Source: Dehalococcoidia bacterium
GTDB lineage: Bacteria > Chloroflexota > Dehalococcoidia > UBA2979
Assembly (NCBI GenBank): GCA_963667465.2
Contig: CAXXDN010000002.1
Span: 1,280,001-1,344,000, forward strand
Direction of reading: 5' to 3'
DNA: 64,000 nucleotides
The notes beneath the pieces are model-generated. The model had not been told where the DNA came from. It searched no databases and saw nothing but the letters and a program-made list of their open reading frames with translations. Positions 62,875-64,000 of this stretch are shown piece after piece. A program made the translations under genes and the position numbers. Each line of letters opens with the position of its first letter. Positions within the stretch are counted from its first letter, which is position 1.

Positions 62875-63237
62875 TTGGCCGGGAAGTTTTGCGTGAGCCT
62901 CACCCATGCGGGCGACGACCCTGACAGGGCGACGGTCGCTTTCGTCGTGGCCAACGCCGCCCTCGGCTCCGAGCAGGAGACCGTCGTGTTCCTCAGCACC
63001 GAGGGCGTGCGACTGGCCGAGCAGGGCTATGCCGACGACATCCACGAGGACGGCTTCATGGCGCTCGCCGAACTGATGGGCCTGTTCGCCGAGGGCGGCG
63101 GCGAAATCTACGTCTGCGCGCCCTGCTACAACAAGCGCGGCCTCGACACGGACAACCTCGTCGACGGCGCGGTGATCGTCGGCGGCGCGAAGCTAGTCGA
63201 GTTTCTCGCCGACGGCACGCCCTCGATCTCGTACTAG
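62875..63237 (+). CDS. DsrE family protein
   Basis: DPDRATVAFVVA, VFLSTEGV, IYVCAPCYNKRG. Confidence 0.88.
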   Translation: MAGKFCVSLTHAGDDPDRATVAFVVANAALGSEQETVVFLSTEGVRLAEQGYADDIHEDGFMALAELMGLFAEGGGEIYVCAPCYNKRGLDTDNLVDGAVIVGGAKLVEFLADGTPSISY

Positions 63238-63262
63238 ATCCGGCTCGCCGCCCGGCAGATCG

Positions 63263-64000
63263 ATGGACCCGATCGAGCGGCACACCCACGAGCCCGACGT
63301 CAGCTTCGACGGCGGCAACCTCGATTGCGGCGGGGGCCTGCTGCTCCTGATCCGCCGGCACATCGACCCGCTCGAACCCGGCGGCCTGCTCGAAATCCTC
63401 TCGACCGACTCGACCGTCGAGGTCGAGCTGCCGGCCTGGTGCCGGCTGACAAGCAACGAGCTGGTCTCGTGGACGAAGCACGGCGAGCAGCGCAGCTACC
63501 TCGTGAGCAAGGGCCCGCTCGGCGAGCGCGCGCAGGCGGCCGCTGCGCCGTCCGCGGTCCGTGCGGCATCCACACCCGCGGTGCGCACGGTCGGCGAGCA
63601 ACTGCGGGTGGAGGTGACGATCCCGGAGTCGCTGCCCGATCCGGCCGCTCCGACGGAGATCGCGCCGCTCTCGGTGATGGGCGTGGGCAGCTGGCCGCGG
63701 CCGCGCTGGATGCTGCGCGCGATGCACGACCGCCTCGAGGGCCGGCTCAGCGAGGCGGAGTTCCAGGCGACTGCCGACGACGCGGTCCAGCTGAGCCTCG
63801 CCGCACAGCTGCGGGCCGGCGCCGACGTCGTGTCCGACGGCGAGCAGCGGCGCGACAACTACGCGAGCTTCGTGGGCGGCCGCCTCGACAACTGCCAGTT
63901 GATTCCGCTCAGTGACCTCACGGCGATCGTCGACGACCCGGCGGAGTTCGAGGAGGAGCTGCGCGTGCTCGACGTGCCGGCCGCGGAGGTGCGGCACCCC
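63263..64000 (+). CDS. TusA domain fused to cobalamin-independent methionine synthase-like (Meth_synt_2) domain; runs off the window
   Basis: Manual translation: FDGGNLDCGGGLLL...ELPAWCRLT, an Ala/Pro linker, then VGSWPRP...QLRAGADVVSDGEQRRDNY. Not in the ORF track. Confidence 0.85.
   Translation, partial: MDPIERHTHEPDVSFDGGNLDCGGGLLLLIRRHIDPLEPGGLLEILSTDSTVEVELPAWCRLTSNELVSWTKHGEQRSYLVSKGPLGERAQAAAAPSAVRAASTPAVRTVGEQLRVEVTIPESLPDPAAPTEIAPLSVMGVGSWPRPRWMLRAMHDRLEGRLSEAEFQATADDAVQLSLAAQLRAGADVVSDGEQRRDNYASFVGGRLDNCQLIPLSDLTAIVDDPAEFEEELRVLDVPAAEVRHP

Overview
Very GC-rich bacterial chromosome segment. Gene content and order point to Chloroflexota, probably Dehalococcoidia/SAR202-like (inference): short NuoD, glyQS, a translin-like gene, three luciferase-like monooxygenases, MaoC/PaaI/PrpD paralogues. 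Most of it is housekeeping: nuoA-C-D-H without nuoB, cdaA-cdaR-der-plsY-gpsA, argF, comEA/comEC, rph, serA, mutS2, selA, uvrA, glyQS, hppA, rnhB, two tRNAs and two type II toxin-antitoxin pairs. The strongest signal is a solitary type IIG-like restriction-modification gene (21798-25150, minus) interrupted between its methyltransferase core and its C-terminal putative target-recognition region by a perfect (GGTC)62 tract. With 62 units the gene is frameshifted; any multiple of 3 units restores one ORF. This is the layout of a phase-variable ON/OFF methyltransferase. Also notable: an NCS2 permease + TusA + DsrE + TusA-MetE-like fusion cluster at the right edge, an in-frame E1alpha/E2 chimera left by a collapsed 2-oxoacid dehydrogenase operon, an Lva/ACAD10-like kinase plus acyl-CoA dehydrogenase module, and several genes that appear to need CTG or ATC start codons. 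All calls come from motif recognition by eye; no database searches were run.
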